A stretch of 63,947 nt of DNA, counting the filler, from Octopus bimaculoides (lineage: Eukaryota): the NCBI RefSeq assembly GCF_001194135.2. It is 7 parts of 6 records of this genome, joined end to end, with 100 filler letters (N's around TTAATTAATTAA, not from the genome) between each part and the next. Parts side by side here need not be neighbours in the genome. Positions count along the whole stretch, not along the records: positions 62,788 to 63,947 come from NW_026405973.1; 6 more parts are not named here. One strand, 5' to 3'. Under the pieces are notes generated by a model. The model did no database searches and had not been told where the DNA came from. It was given only the letters and a program-made list of their open reading frames with translations. Below, piece after piece: positions 63,896 to 63,947 of this stretch. A program made the position numbers and the translations under genes. Within the stretch, counting starts at the first letter, position 1. Each line of letters opens with the position of its first letter.

Positions 63896-63947
63896 ATACA
63901 TATACAGGGTGGGGCATAAATACTGTTACAAAATAAAACACAGATTT

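Noticed and set aside
63903-63947. TA-CAGGGTG Tc1/mariner-like terminus
   Set aside because: Too short and cut by the window edge.

Overview
AT-rich, microsatellite-saturated, gapped eukaryotic DNA. The SINE families and repeat load suggest an octopus or other cephalopod (inference). I recognise no intact host gene, and almost all ORFs in the supplied track are microsatellite or N-gap artefacts. The window is mostly decayed transposons. It holds about 20 tRNA-derived SINE copies, six Penelope-like element (PLE) remnants, two RTE fragments, a 5'-truncated HERO-type element, two R4/Dong 3' ends in (TAA)n, a Helitron helicase fragment, two mariners, a piggyBac fragment, a probable solo LTR and several fold-back elements. 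Six identical 100-bp N44-TTAATTAATTAA-N44 linkers look like artificial joins, so adjacency across them is not guaranteed. The main signal is self-cleaving RNA. Several conventional type I hammerhead ribozyme (HHR) candidates occur at 13.3, 36.2, 47.9 and 59.7 kb. A family of short (TA)n-embedded elements (29.7, 39.2, 41.8, 56.9, 61.3 kb) also carries the HHR core motifs, complete at 29.7 and 39.2 kb and partial elsewhere, with compensatory pairing. Their strand order (NUH strand, GAAA strand, CUGAUGA strand) is not a circular permutation of types I/II/III. This suggests a pseudoknotted or multimeric hammerhead architecture, which is a hypothesis to test. All alignments and pairings were read by eye; no database search or folding program was run.
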